A stretch of 64,000 nt of DNA from Methanomethylovorans hollandica DSM 15978 (lineage in GTDB: Archaea; Halobacteriota; Methanosarcinia; Methanosarcinales; Methanosarcinaceae). Positions 1-10,921 of this stretch are shown here, in pieces. Each line of letters starts with the position of its first letter. Position 1 is the stretch's first letter. A program made the position numbers and the translations under genes. Where the stretch lies: assembly GCF_000328665.1 (NCBI RefSeq), contig NC_019977.1, forward strand, positions 620,001 through 684,000, given 5' to 3'. The notes under the pieces are model-generated. The model did not search any database. It was not told the DNA's origin and saw only the letters and a list, made by a program, of their open reading frames with translations.

Positions 1-499
1 TATGCCTGCCGATGTCCTCTACAACACACATCTTTCCAGATGCATTATATAGAGCCACTACATGTATACCTCCTGTCAGGACATGAAGCTCGGATTTTAG
101 GGCTTGTTCAACAGAACTCCGAATCATATCAGAAGTAAGTACAAGATCCGACTTTATCTCGGGGAGTCTCTGGATATCGAGAAAAGACATTGTTCCACCG
201 CACCCGCTCAGAACCGTTTTCTTTGAAACAAGGATCTTGAAAGGATCTGTTGTTAACACACTGGCATTGCTACCTTCTATGACCAGCGATTCAACTTCAT
301 TTGGTCCCTTGATTATTTTCTCTGTATAGAGAAAACCTATCACGAACTCCCTGAGCATCATCGGGCTTGTCATGGCAGTAAGAACATGACGGCCATTTAC
401 TGTTACTGCAAGTGGTATTTCCTCAACCACCGGATGCATATCAGAATGAAATGAATCCAATTCCCCTTTTATACATGGCACTTCCATGAACATGATCAT
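1..499 (-). CDS. fdhD: Formate dehydrogenase accessory sulfurtransferase FdhD (3' end runs off window)
   Basis: Manual translation MIMFMEVPCIKG...HPVVEEIPLAVTVNGRHVLTAMTSPMMLREFVIGFLYTE matches the FdhD N-terminus; ATGA overlap with the sufS stop. Confidence 0.85.
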   Translation of the reverse strand, partial: MIMFMEVPCIKGELDSFHSDMHPVVEEIPLAVTVNGRHVLTAMTSPMMLREFVIGFLYTEKIIKGPNEVESLVIEGSNASVLTTDPFKILVSKKTVLSGCGGTMSFLDIQRLPEIKSDLVLTSDMIRSSVEQALKSELHVLTGGIHVVALYNASGKMCVVEDIGRH

Positions 500-1405
500 A
501 ATCTCCTGGCTATTTCTTCTACAGTGGCAATAAGCAGATCTATCTCTTCTTCTGTATTATACAAATAAAGGCTTGCCCGCACGGTGCCTTGCTCAAGGCC
601 CAGGTGTTTCATAAGAGGCTGGCAACAATGCTCTCCAGATCTCACCATTATAGCAGCAGCTTCATCCAGAATATGTGCCACTTCATGAGAATGCAGTCCG
701 TGGATGTTGAATGAAACAACACCTATTCTGTCCTTATCATCCACAGGGCCGTATGTGGAAACTTCATCTATTCCAGAAAGACCTTTGATCATCCGATGAG
801 TAAGTTTTTCTTCTCGTTTCTGAAGAGCACCCATATCTGTTTGGTTGAGGTAATCTACTGCCTCTGCCAGACCAATCATACCTGAGATGTGAGATGTTCC
901 AGCTTCATATCTCTGATAACCGCTTGCTAAGGTATAACCTTCTTCTGAGACCTTATCTATCATCCCACCACCCACCACAAAGGGATTAATATCAGTTTCT
1001 CCCATCCAGAGAATTCCAGTCCCCGTTGGGCCAAGCATCTTGTGCCCGGAAAAGCATAGATAATCACATCCAAGATCTTTTACATTAACAGGTAAATGAG
1101 GAACTGACTGAGCACCGTCAACCAGTAATTTTACTCCATGTTTCTTACATATGGAAGCAATATGTTTCACAGGTAAAATATTACCAAGGACATTGGATGC
1201 ATGAGTAACAGCTACAAGCTTTGTGTTATCATCGATTACAGCATCTAGCTCAGAGAGATCCAATGAACCATCGCACTTAGGTCTTATCAGAGAAACTGTC
1301 ACTCCTTTGTCTCTTAATCTTATCCACGGCAGGAAGTTCGAGTGATGCTCAAGTATTGTAGTCACAATGCTATCACCCTTCTGCCACTCTTGGCCACTAA
1401 CTACC

Positions 1406-2285
1406 GAGCCTATTTCAAAACTTCTCTCACACCTTTTTCCAACACAACATAAAGCATGCAATATCTAATAATCCTTTGAAAACCACATTAAGCCTTTCAT
1501 ATCTACTTGCCAGTTTTCTAAATCCCATCTTCAACCATGCAAAGAATCGTTCTATAGTTCCTCTGTAATGATATGTTTCCTCATCAAATCGAGTAGGTCT
1601 TCCTTTTTTCTTTCTTTTACTGTTCCTTGTATTGATCGGTATGTTGCTTTTGATAGCTCTGGACCTTAAATACTGCCTGATCTCTGCATCGTCGTATGCA
1701 GCATCTGCCAGAACTTCAAGAGGTCTTGTTCTTGGTCTTCCATGGGTATTGACCTTAATATTCTCCATAACTTCAATGAAGTACTGTCTGTCGTGCTCTT
1801 TTCCAGAAGATATTTGGATTGTAAGAGGAAAACCTTCACAACTTACACATGCATGAATCTTTATGCCTTTTCTTTTCTTGTGACCGTTGTACGAGGAGTC
1901 CTCTCCCCTTTTTTAGCTTCGATGAAACTGCTATCGATACACACTGTATCCAACGAGAACTTACCTTTCTGGTAAGCGGAATCCCGAAGAGATTCCATTA
2001 TCTCGTTCCATATACCTTCCTCTGACCACCTTTTCAGCCTTCTCCAGGCAGTTGCCTGGGAACCATAAATAGCTGGCATATCTCCCCATCTGCAACCTGT
2101 TATCAGAACAAAGAGAATACCATTGATAACCTTACGGTCATCAGCTCTCTTTCTTCCGGTAATTGGTTGTGGTGGTAAGTGTGGCTTCATAAATTTCCAT
2201 TGATCATCAGAGAGTTCTCTGAATTCCATTCATATCCCCACAATAACATTAAGAAAGATAGTATTTATAGTTTTGATATGGGCTC
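1406..2285 (-). mobile_element. IS5-family insertion sequence, 880 bp
   Basis: 17-bp imperfect TIRs GAGCCTATTTCAAAACT / GAGCCCATATCAAAACT (reverse complement of right end); 3-bp target duplication ACC at 1403-1405 and 2286-2288. Confidence 0.93.
1427..2229 (-). CDS. IS5-family transposase in two ORFs joined by a -1 frameshift
   Basis: orfA (LSDDQW...GCRWGDMP...WSEEGIW...CIDSS) and orfB (GIKIHACV...ADAAYD...IERFFAWLK...RYER); frames overlap at an A6G4 run near 1905-1914. Confidence 0.88.
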
Positions 2286-2915
2286 ACCATATTTATGGCT
2301 TCTGTCGTATTTTTCGTAAGGACAGTAGTTCCATTTTCACCGCCGATGAAACCTGCTATTTTTTCATGAGCACTTAAGTAACGCTGCGAAGCGAACTTTG
2401 CAAGTCGGTGTACAGCTCTGCCCACATTAGCCCTATATAAATGCTCGAACTCGTTCATGGCATGGATAACCGGTTCAGGAGATAGACTTATAGCAGCATT
2501 ATCGAGGTAAGCTACATTCTCCAGCATAGGAAAATCTTTCCTGATATCAGATATATTCACAGCAACTCCCCATAATATCTCTTTGAAATGTATGTGATAT
2601 ATGTTTAAAAGATTGATTTAACATACTATTTTTATTGATCAGAAGTCATTATTAGATATTTTCACAATTGTGAAACATTATTTTAACATAAAAAGCTTGC
2701 TCTCTCTATGATTTGAAATTTCGGGCATGATGAAAATTTTATTCTGATAAAATAAAGGTTCTGTTGTTGCTCATTTGCTTCAGCGTAACTTTTATATAGA
2801 AAATATCTATATAAGTTCACGATTGTGACTACAATGTCACTTTATATTACTTTGCCATTAATAACAGGAAAAATCGATTATTGCTATCCGTAAAGAATCA
2901 TCTTGAAAACTGACC

Positions 2916-3845
2916 ATGCCACTAAATTTAAAAGCCCTCCAGAATCCTGATTTGTTGAAAGAGGAAATACTCAAGCTTAAAGAAGAAAGAAACGCAATTA
3001 TCCTTGCTCATAATTACCAAATTGCAGAAGTGCAGGATATTGCTGACTTTGTAGGCGATTCGCTGGAACTTTCCAGAGCTGCAGCAAGTCTTGAATCAGA
3101 TATCATAGTATTTTGCGGAGTAGATTTCATGGCAGAAACGGCTGCTATACTCTCACCGGAAAAGAAAGTACTGTTACCAGCTGCTGATGCTTGTTGCCCT
3201 ATGGCTGAGATGATCACCGTAGGAGAACTACAGGTACTGAAATCTCGTTTTCCACAGGCATCTGTTGTGTGTTATGTCAACACCTCTGCAGAAGTGAAGG
3301 CAGAATCGGATATCTGCTGTACTTCTTCAAATGCTGTGAACGTTGTGAATTCTTTGGATGCGGAACAGATAATCTTCGTTCCAGACCGGAATCTTGCTCG
3401 CTATGTTGCCAGATTCACCTCAAAAGAGATCCTTCCCTGGGAAGGGTTCTGTTTCGTGCATGATCGGATAACCTTTGAAGATGTTATACAGGTTCGTAAT
3501 CTCCATCCGACTGCAGAAGTGCTGGTGCACCCGGAATGTAAACCCGAGGTAATTGACCTTGCGGATGAGGTGTTATCTACATCAGGAATGATCAAGCATG
3601 TCTGTTCAAGCAACAGTAAGGAATTCATAATAGGGACCGAGGTTGGTATTTTGCACCAGATGAAGAAAAAGTGTCCTGGGAAGTCCTGCTATTCTCTTTC
3701 AGCGGAAGCCATCTGCACCAATATGAAGAAGACCGATCTCCACAAAGTCTACAGTGCTCTGGAAACTTTAAGGCCGGTGGTGGCAGTGTCCACAGATATT
3801 GCTGAAAAGGCAAGAAAGGCTATTGAGAAGATGCTGGCCGTATAG
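2916..3845 (+). CDS. nadA: Quinolinate synthase
   Basis: ILAHNYQ, VFCGVDFMAETA, YVNTSAEVKA, HPEC motifs. Confidence 0.95.
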   Translation: MPLNLKALQNPDLLKEEILKLKEERNAIILAHNYQIAEVQDIADFVGDSLELSRAAASLESDIIVFCGVDFMAETAAILSPEKKVLLPAADACCPMAEMITVGELQVLKSRFPQASVVCYVNTSAEVKAESDICCTSSNAVNVVNSLDAEQIIFVPDRNLARYVARFTSKEILPWEGFCFVHDRITFEDVIQVRNLHPTAEVLVHPECKPEVIDLADEVLSTSGMIKHVCSSNSKEFIIGTEVGILHQMKKKCPGKSCYSLSAEAICTNMKKTDLHKVYSALETLRPVVAVSTDIAEKARKAIEKMLAV

Positions 3846-4220
3846 TAAAAAAGAATACTGCCTTTTAATGATTCTTTATATTATCTTCACTTTTCAATTT
3901 CAGTTCCTACCTATTTTTTCCATATAGGTACGTTTTCTTCGTTTTCTTCGAACATGAACTCAAAAGCAGAAATGCTTCTTCTCTGTTTCTCAGTAAGATT
4001 TTCTGCATTGCCCTCGTTGGAAACAGAAAGTGTTTATTCCTCGGATACTGCGAAGTGCTACGGTGTTGAATCTTATAGTACATTAGTAGTGATAGCGAGT
4101 ATGTGATTCGCAAAAAAGTAATTCTGTTCTAAATAATAAAGAGTAAGACTGTCTTGACTATCGATAACTCATCATCATGGGACAATAGAAATTGACTATT
4201 GTCAGAGAAAGTATTATATG

Positions 4221-4245
4221 ATATATGACTATATGTTCACATATG
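4221..4245. promoter_or_regulatory. Putative ArsR/SmtB-type operator (imperfect inverted repeat)
   Basis: ATATATGACTATATGTTCACATATG just upstream of the ArsR gene; bacterial -35-like TTGACT at 4192. Confidence 0.45.
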
Positions 4246-4257
4246 GGTAATAGGGTA

Positions 4258-4620
4258 GTGAAACAGACAGACAATGACTTATGCGAAGAATTGTGCGAGC
4301 ATCCCCAGGCAATTAGTCTAGCTAAGTCTGAGCTCATTCCCGAGGAACAAGCTCAGCAAGTAGCGGACTTATTTAAAATCCTTGGGGATACTACACGCTT
4401 AAAAATACTGCAGGTGCTGTCGAAAAGAGAAATGTGCGTATGTGACATTGCAAATGTTATTGATATGGGTCAATCGGCTGTTTCTCATCAACTTCGACTT
4501 CTACGGACAGCTCAATTAGTTAAATACCGGAAGGAAGGTCAAAATGCTTGGTATTCGCTCAGTGATGATCATATTGCTACTTTGTTATACCAAGGTATCG
4601 AGCATGTTCAACACAGCTAA
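4258..4620 (+). CDS. cadC: ArsR/SmtB (CadC/ZiaR-like) metal-responsive repressor
   Basis: N-terminal CEELCEH; FKILGDTTRLKIL, EMCVCDIA, SAVSHQLRLLR, C-terminal DDH...EH; GTG start at 4258 preferred. Confidence 0.85.
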   Translation: MKQTDNDLCEELCEHPQAISLAKSELIPEEQAQQVADLFKILGDTTRLKILQVLSKREMCVCDIANVIDMGQSAVSHQLRLLRTAQLVKYRKEGQNAWYSLSDDHIATLLYQGIEHVQHS

Positions 4621-4651
4621 TCACATTTAAATAATTTAAGGACACGAGGAC

Positions 4652-7003
4652 ATGACACAATCAATTCTAAAGGTAATTAATAAACAAAAAGTTGTTTTTC
4701 AAGTAGATGGAATTACCTGTCTGGACTGTGCCCAAAAGTTTGAAAAAGCAGTTAATGAATTACCTGGAGTTCTAAGCGCTTCTTTGAACACCATGACAGG
4801 CAAGCTTACGGTTGAAGGGATGGCTGACTTAGCAGCTATCAGACGACTAGGGCAGGATGAAAATTATACGATTAACCCAATGGAGCAAGTCAAAAACAAA
4901 GCGCCTACTGTTTTTCAAGTAGACGGAATTACCTGTCTGGATTGTGCCCAAAAGTTCGAAAAAGCAGTTAATGAATTACCTGGAGTTCTAAGCGCTTCTT
5001 TGAACACCATGACAGGCAAGCTTGCAGTTGAAGGAAGGGCTAGCTTGGAAGACATCAGGCAATTAGGACAGGATGAGAACTATAAGATTAATCCGGTAGT
5101 GCAGCAGCGGTCTATAGCTCAACCGGTGAAAAAAATTAATTGGGAAATGCTTCGTGCTGTTTTATCTGGTGTTAGTTTGGTTATTGCTGTGGGAGTGGAG
5201 AAATTCGGCGGCTCCGCCACGGCTTACCTGCCGATGTACATTCTAGCTATGGTATTAGGTGGATGGGGTAATTTTAAGAAGGCATCCCATGCTTTGCCAC
5301 GTCTTAATTTTAACATGAGTGTACTCATGAGTGTGGCGGTTATTGGTGCTTTTGCCATCGGCCAATATGAAGAAGGTGCTACTGTTGCCTTCCTTTACGC
5401 AATATCTGAAATGCTACAGGCATGGACAGTGGAAAAGGCACGCCGTTCCATTCGACAATTGATGGATATTGCTCCAAAAACAGCATTGTTACGCCGCTCT
5501 GGTAGCGAAGTGGAAACATCTGTCGAACAAATTAATATTGATGATATTATGATTGTCTACCCTGGTGAAAAAATTGCCATGGATGGCGAAATTGTTAAAG
5601 GTGAAAGTGCTATTAACGAGGCAGCCATCACCGGAGAATCTATTCCAGCGGATAAAGGTCCAGGTGCTGAAGTATTTGCAGGTACGCTCAATACTCACGG
5701 TTCTATCGAAGTGAAGGTAACAAAGCTAGTACAAGATACCACCATTGCCAAGATCATTCATATGGTAGAAGAAGCTCAAAGCAAAAGAGCTCCATCTCAG
5801 GTATTTGTTGAAAAATTTGCAACTGTATATACTCCCATCGTAATGGCATTAGCTATGGGTTTTATGTTTCTTCCACCTTTGTTATTAGGTTATGAGTGGA
5901 CACCCTGGATTTATCGTGGACTAACTCTTCTTGTAGTTGCCTGTCCTTGTGCTTTGGTGGTATCTACGCCGGTTGCAATTGTCAGTGCAATCAGCAATGC
6001 CGCTAAAAACGGCGTATTAATTAAAGGGGGTATACACCTGGAAGAAGCCGGTTCCTTAAATGCCATTGCCTTCGACAAGACGGGAACATTGACAAAAGGA
6101 GAGGCAGTAGTCACTGATATAATACCTGTTGGCTCTACTCCGGAAAATAAGCTTTTACAAATGGCAGCTAATTTGGAAGCTCGCTCCGAACACCCTCTAG
6201 CAGTAGCTATCATTAAGGCAGCTCAGCAACGAGGTCATCAAGTGGTTCCAGTAGAAGATTTTACAGCCATCGCTGGCAGAGGTGCACACGGTACAATTAA
6301 TGCACAGAGGATCTATATTGGTAATCCGCGGATGTTCATAGAGAAGGGCATATCTCTAGAGCCGGTGATAAAGGAGATAGAAAGGCTGCAAGGGCAAGGT
6401 AAGACGGTTATGATTGTTGGGACTCCAAATACCTTTTTAGGTATAATTGCTGTAGCAGATGAAGTGCGTGAAAACAGCACCGATGCGGTTACTGCTCTTA
6501 AAAGTGCAGGTATCCAGCACACTATTATGCTTACCGGTGATAATGACGTAACTGCCAAAGCCATGTCGGCAAAGGTAGGTGTTGATGAATATCGGGCTGA
6601 ACTATTACCTCAGGACAAAGTCACAGTAGTACAAGAACTCCTGGGTAAATACAACAAAGTGGGTATGATTGGTGATGGCATCAATGACGCTCCAGCGCTC
6701 GCTCTATCTACTGTTGGCATCGCCATGGGTGGAGCAGGTACTGATACGGCCCTTGAAACGGCAGACATTGTCCTTATGGCAGATGATTTAAGCAAGCTTC
6801 CATTTACTATCCGGTTAAGTCGTAAAGCACTTGCGATCATCCATCAGAATATTGGCTTCTCACTGATAATCAAGGCTATCGCCATCCTGGCAATATTCCC
6901 CGGCTGGCTGACGTTGTGGATGGCTATCCTCGCTGATATGGGTGCTACAATTATTGTAACACTTAACAGCTTAAGGCTCTTAAAGGTGAATGGAAAAAAG
7001 TAA
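4652..7003 (+). CDS. cadA: P1B-type heavy-metal (Cd/Zn/Pb) exporting ATPase with two HMA domains
   Basis: 2x GITCLDC, TGES, CPC, DKTGT, SEHPL, GDGINDAP. Confidence 0.93.
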   Translation: MTQSILKVINKQKVVFQVDGITCLDCAQKFEKAVNELPGVLSASLNTMTGKLTVEGMADLAAIRRLGQDENYTINPMEQVKNKAPTVFQVDGITCLDCAQKFEKAVNELPGVLSASLNTMTGKLAVEGRASLEDIRQLGQDENYKINPVVQQRSIAQPVKKINWEMLRAVLSGVSLVIAVGVEKFGGSATAYLPMYILAMVLGGWGNFKKASHALPRLNFNMSVLMSVAVIGAFAIGQYEEGATVAFLYAISEMLQAWTVEKARRSIRQLMDIAPKTALLRRSGSEVETSVEQINIDDIMIVYPGEKIAMDGEIVKGESAINEAAITGESIPADKGPGAEVFAGTLNTHGSIEVKVTKLVQDTTIAKIIHMVEEAQSKRAPSQVFVEKFATVYTPIVMALAMGFMFLPPLLLGYEWTPWIYRGLTLLVVACPCALVVSTPVAIVSAISNAAKNGVLIKGGIHLEEAGSLNAIAFDKTGTLTKGEAVVTDIIPVGSTPENKLLQMAANLEARSEHPLAVAIIKAAQQRGHQVVPVEDFTAIAGRGAHGTINAQRIYIGNPRMFIEKGISLEPVIKEIERLQGQGKTVMIVGTPNTFLGIIAVADEVRENSTDAVTALKSAGIQHTIMLTGDNDVTAKAMSAKVGVDEYRAELLPQDKVTVVQELLGKYNKVGMIGDGINDAPALALSTVGIAMGGAGTDTALETADIVLMADDLSKLPFTIRLSRKALAIIHQNIGFSLIIKAIAILAIFPGWLTLWMAILADMGATIIVTLNSLRLLKVNGKK
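4693..5023 (+). repeat. Near-identical internal duplication of the HMA domain (4693-4807 vs 4909-5023)
   Basis: 115 bp aligned by eye with 3 synonymous differences; offset 216 bp. Confidence 0.9.
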
Positions 7004-7544
7004 GGATAAAATTTTGTGAAAGGGCTGTAGAAAATACGAAGTGTTAACACCTCATGCAGATCTTGCATCCATCTCTCAAAGTTTTTCCCAAACTCTTTTT
7101 CTTGATGGCTCACTACAATACCTATATCTCTCATGTTTAGGAGATTCATAAAATGATCCATAACTTTTTTAGTGCACATGTTCTCTCTGTTTTTATTTTG
7201 GTGTTACTATTTCATAACTGGTTAACATGTCACTTATCTGAAGTGATTTGTTATCAAAATCGACTTTGTTTAGATATTCTGTATTAACTATATCAGCATA
7301 AGTTGTCCCTGCCAACAATACAAATAATAAAAAAATTGCAACTATATTCATATATAAATTTATTTCATATTTGTATCTTCTAAAAAACGATATCTGTAGC
7401 CTAAAAAACAAGGGTTAAAAAGCTATGATTTATAAGACACTTGATGACGTTTTCACACCATGGGTAAGGTGTTCATACATGTTTGGAATAATATCGCAAC
7501 CTAGAGCATCCTGGGCATTCCGTGCCTGATATAGATAGGTAAAG

Positions 7545-7826
7545 TTACTCTTGCGCTCTCTCTTTGTCCTGGAAGATTTCAGGAGGTATATTTCCAAAAT
7601 GTCTAACTTCATTTGTTGCTTTTCCGAAGTTCCATATATCGTAATTCTTCCTATGTGAATCTTCACTCTCAAAATCGCGGAAAACTACGGAATCAGACAC
7701 TTGTCCAAAACCGTATTTTCCTGCAATTATCTCTCCTACTCTCTGAGGCGACAGCCCAACAGTTTCAGATATATCAACGTTGCTTTCACATGCCAGCCAC
7801 ATATCAAAGATATACATTGAAGACAT
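7545..7826 (-). pseudogene. Remnant of a phage/MGE-type DNA methyltransferase-like gene
   Basis: HTH-like ISETVGLSPQRVGEII followed by YDIWNF...HFGNIPPEI, then truncated. Confidence 0.5.
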
Positions 7827-8080
7827 TGATTAAAGCACTTAATCAATTTGTTTATTTCACAATATTCTTTTTATGAAAATGCTTTATCCTAATACTTGCA
7901 TAATAGAACAATTGGACTAGTAACAGCAGGGTTTTTTCGCTTTGAGTAGTGATAAAACGTTCAATAGTCTGATTTATGTGGGTACCCAATCTCATATTGC
8001 ATTTTTGCAGACGGACTTTCCACTGATTTCCTGATTTTAATTTTGATTTTGCTAGTCCAAAAGTAGTGGAGGGAACGAAT

Positions 8081-8665
8081 ATGAAGAAAGTATATACCCT
8101 TGCTGCTTGCATTGTAGTCTTATTTTTAATGGCCGCAAGTGCAAGTGCAGCGAGCGACTCGAAAACTTCTGGAAGTGGTGCATCCGGATCTGCAACCTGG
8201 CAATTTACAAACGATGATGTGCAATCAATGGATACGTACATTGACGTATATGAGAACATAGACGGAAGTACAGAGATTTATCTAAGTTGCTACTATAATG
8301 ATGTCAATGGAGTATATCACTCCTTTTGGGGGAGCATGACGACAACGGATGATGTTTTCACAGTAAACAAAAAATTAGCTTCTGCAAGCCTGTCTGAGGT
8401 TTCAATTGATGGACAATATTATGACGATGAGACAGGTTACTACAGCGGAACGGCAACCATCGCAGCTGACTGGGCTGGTGTGGGGGACATTACACAAGTA
8501 AAATATACTGTGAAAGATGGCACCTTCTATTCAGTGAAAGGGACTACTAGAGACGCCACAGCCACAGGATCAATTGTTTTTGAGGGTACTGATATCATTG
8601 GTGAAGAATCTACAGACAACGCCAATATAGAACAGTATACCTCAACAACAATGATTAAAAAATAA
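8081..8665 (+). CDS. Secreted Ser/Thr/Asp-rich hypothetical protein
   Basis: Signal peptide MKKVYTLAACIVVLFLMAASASA; GGAGG RBS; downstream hairpin plus T-run. Confidence 0.75.
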   Translation: MKKVYTLAACIVVLFLMAASASAASDSKTSGSGASGSATWQFTNDDVQSMDTYIDVYENIDGSTEIYLSCYYNDVNGVYHSFWGSMTTTDDVFTVNKKLASASLSEVSIDGQYYDDETGYYSGTATIAADWAGVGDITQVKYTVKDGTFYSVKGTTRDATATGSIVFEGTDIIGEESTDNANIEQYTSTTMIKK

Positions 8666-8985
8666 GCCTGGCTTAGACTACACTAAGGAAGAAATCGTTT
8701 AAATCCCGGATTGTTTTTAGATTCCGAGATTTCTTTTTTTCGACATAATTCTACAAGAACTCTGTTTTGTTCTATGGGATTACCTATACCCCCATTTAAT
8801 TGTGTGGGTCATATGCAAGTATGTTTTGGTGTGAGATATCGTCACCATGAGCCTAAAAATCATTCCTGTGGTGTTGGTATGCATAATGAACTACGTACGC
8901 AATCGAAACTTTAATATCCCACATTCATTAGAAAGAAGTGGGTAGAAAACGCTATCAGAAGTTAGGAGTATAAAAAAATTAACAG

Positions 8986-9060
8986 TGCTCCGATGGGGAT
9001 TCGAACCCCAGTCGCAGGAGTGAGAGTCCTGCATGATTGGCCGTGCTACACTATCGGAGC
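8986..9060 (-). tRNA. tRNA-Glu (CTC)
   Basis: GCTCCGA...GCAGGACTCTCACTCCTGC...GGTTCGAATCC...TCGGAGCA cloverleaf. Confidence 0.96.
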
Positions 9061-9141
9061 ATTACGGTATTAACTTTGACAGCATATCCAAAATACGCTT
9101 AACTAATATTAACTTTTCGTTCAGGATAAATGGGATATGTT

Positions 9142-10380
9142 CTATGCGAACATACCCGATGGTGTGGATGTCTCCTCTTCTGAAACTACTTTCTCGTAAG
9201 CATCCATCATATCCTTCATAGTTACCTTTTCTCCACGGCGTCTGAGTACGAACATACCTGCTTCCTTGGTAATTACCTGAAGGTCAGCGCCGCTAAGTCC
9301 TGCCGTTATCTTGGCAAGCTTGTCGAAATCCATATCCTCTGCAAGCTTCATCTTCCGGGTGTGGATATTCAATATCTCCACACGTGCCACCATGTCAGGC
9401 AGAGGTATTTCTATTACTCTGTCAAACCTGCCGGGGCGCAAGAGCGCCGGGTCTAAGAGATCTATTCGATTAGTTGCGGCAATAACTTTCACATTCTTTG
9501 TTGCATCGAAACCGTCCATCTCAGCCAGCAGCTGCAGCATAGTTCGGTTCACTTCCGCTGAGCCGGTAGTCCCATCATGGGTACGCATACCTCCCACAGC
9601 ATCGATCTCGTCTATAAATAGGATAGCAGGAGATTTGTCGCGGGCAAGTTGGAATACGTCTTTGACCAGTCTCGCTCCCTCTCCTATGAACTTCTGTACG
9701 AGGTCAGAACCTGACATGCGTATGAATGTCGCCTTGGCGCTGGAGGCAACAGCCTTTGCGATCAAGGTCTTCCCTGTGCCTGGTGCTCCATACAGTAAAA
9801 CACCATTCGGAGGCTCAATACCTATGTTGGAGAACAGCTCAGGTTCTGTCAATGGTAGCTCTACGGATTCTATTACTTCCTTAATAACTTCATCAAGGCC
9901 ACCTATCATATCATAGTGTATTCCCGGAGAATTGATTAGCTCCATTACCTGAGCTCTGATGTCAGTACCTTTGCGTATTATCGATATTATAGAAAAGGCG
10001 CCGTTCACACTAACTCTCATGCCTGGCTCAAGTTTTCTATAAAAGGCAGGTGGGATCCTTGTCATTACTTCCTGATTGTTGCCATGCTGCCTTATAAGGA
10101 CCATATCATCTTCTATTTCCATGATACTGGCGATGAATAAAGGGGGTGTTGTCAGGTGCTCTATCTGCTTTTTGAGCTTACTGATCTCTTCCATGTAGGA
10201 ATTGTTCATCATGCTGGCTTCAAGCAGTTTTGCCCTCATGTTCTCGTTGTTGACTTTCAGCAGTTCTATCTCGTTGAGCAGTGACCTAGCATCTTCTTTA
10301 TTAAGGTTCTCAAATTCAGTCCGGTTTTTGTCTCCGGATGCGCCGGTATCAACGGGAGTATCTGCGCTAGTGTTCGTCAT
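9142..10380 (-). CDS. pan: Proteasome-activating nucleotidase
   Basis: N-terminal coiled coil, GAPGTGKT, FIDEID, RPGRFDR, C-terminal MFA (HbYX-like). Confidence 0.95.
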   Translation of the reverse strand: MTNTSADTPVDTGASGDKNRTEFENLNKEDARSLLNEIELLKVNNENMRAKLLEASMMNNSYMEEISKLKKQIEHLTTPPLFIASIMEIEDDMVLIRQHGNNQEVMTRIPPAFYRKLEPGMRVSVNGAFSIISIIRKGTDIRAQVMELINSPGIHYDMIGGLDEVIKEVIESVELPLTEPELFSNIGIEPPNGVLLYGAPGTGKTLIAKAVASSAKATFIRMSGSDLVQKFIGEGARLVKDVFQLARDKSPAILFIDEIDAVGGMRTHDGTTGSAEVNRTMLQLLAEMDGFDATKNVKVIAATNRIDLLDPALLRPGRFDRVIEIPLPDMVARVEILNIHTRKMKLAEDMDFDKLAKITAGLSGADLQVITKEAGMFVLRRRGEKVTMKDMMDAYEKVVSEEETSTPSGMFA

Positions 10381-10921
10381 AAGACGCCTCTATGTTTATC
10401 ATTTGATATAAATCCGACTGAGATTCAATTCGATATTGTCTTTCAGATGTTTTGTATATTTATATTTGCATTTCACAGAGATGTGTTCTATTATGGACGG
10501 TAAATAGTGAATAGGTTATATAATATGGTGTTTTGAGATCTTTTAATGGCATAAATACAGTTTTCAAGCCAAAAAACAACCCCTTTATTTCTACTGGAGT
10601 AATATAAGAAACATTTATCTATCAAGTTCACGATATCTCTTTACGTAGTATAATTATAAAAGAGATAATTTGGCTTATTTAACTAAATAAAGCTTTATTC
10701 TCTCTCTATATGTATTGCAGACAAATAAGCACACTACAAACAGCATAATATTTATATATTATTGCTACAATGTATATCTTTGTAGCACAGAAAAATAAAG
10801 CAGTGTTCTGTGAACACACAACATTCAAGCTAAAAGAAAACCATTGTCTGAGGGGATATATGGTTCGTGAATCCATCAATCTGAGGGGATGAATGGATGC
10901 ACAAGGCACAGAGGCAGAATA

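Larger units (their letters stand above)
496..2560 (-). pseudogene. sufS: SufS/Csd-type cysteine desulfurase split by IS insertion
   Basis: N-part (YLDNAA, NTTEAIN) 2286-2560 and C-part (HHSN, DGAQ, SGHKMLGPTG, RSGEHC) 496-1405; removing the IS and one ACC copy rejoins them in frame (...EAINMVVSGQEWQ...). Confidence 0.93.

Noticed and set aside
1406..1461. 321-aa ORF starting inside the IS as a functional SufS
   Set aside because: Chimeric read-through of the TIR that lacks the ~90 N-terminal residues
10847..10892. TCTGAGGGGAT direct repeat and 10-codon uORF (10860-10892)
   Set aside because: Too short to distinguish from chance without conservation data
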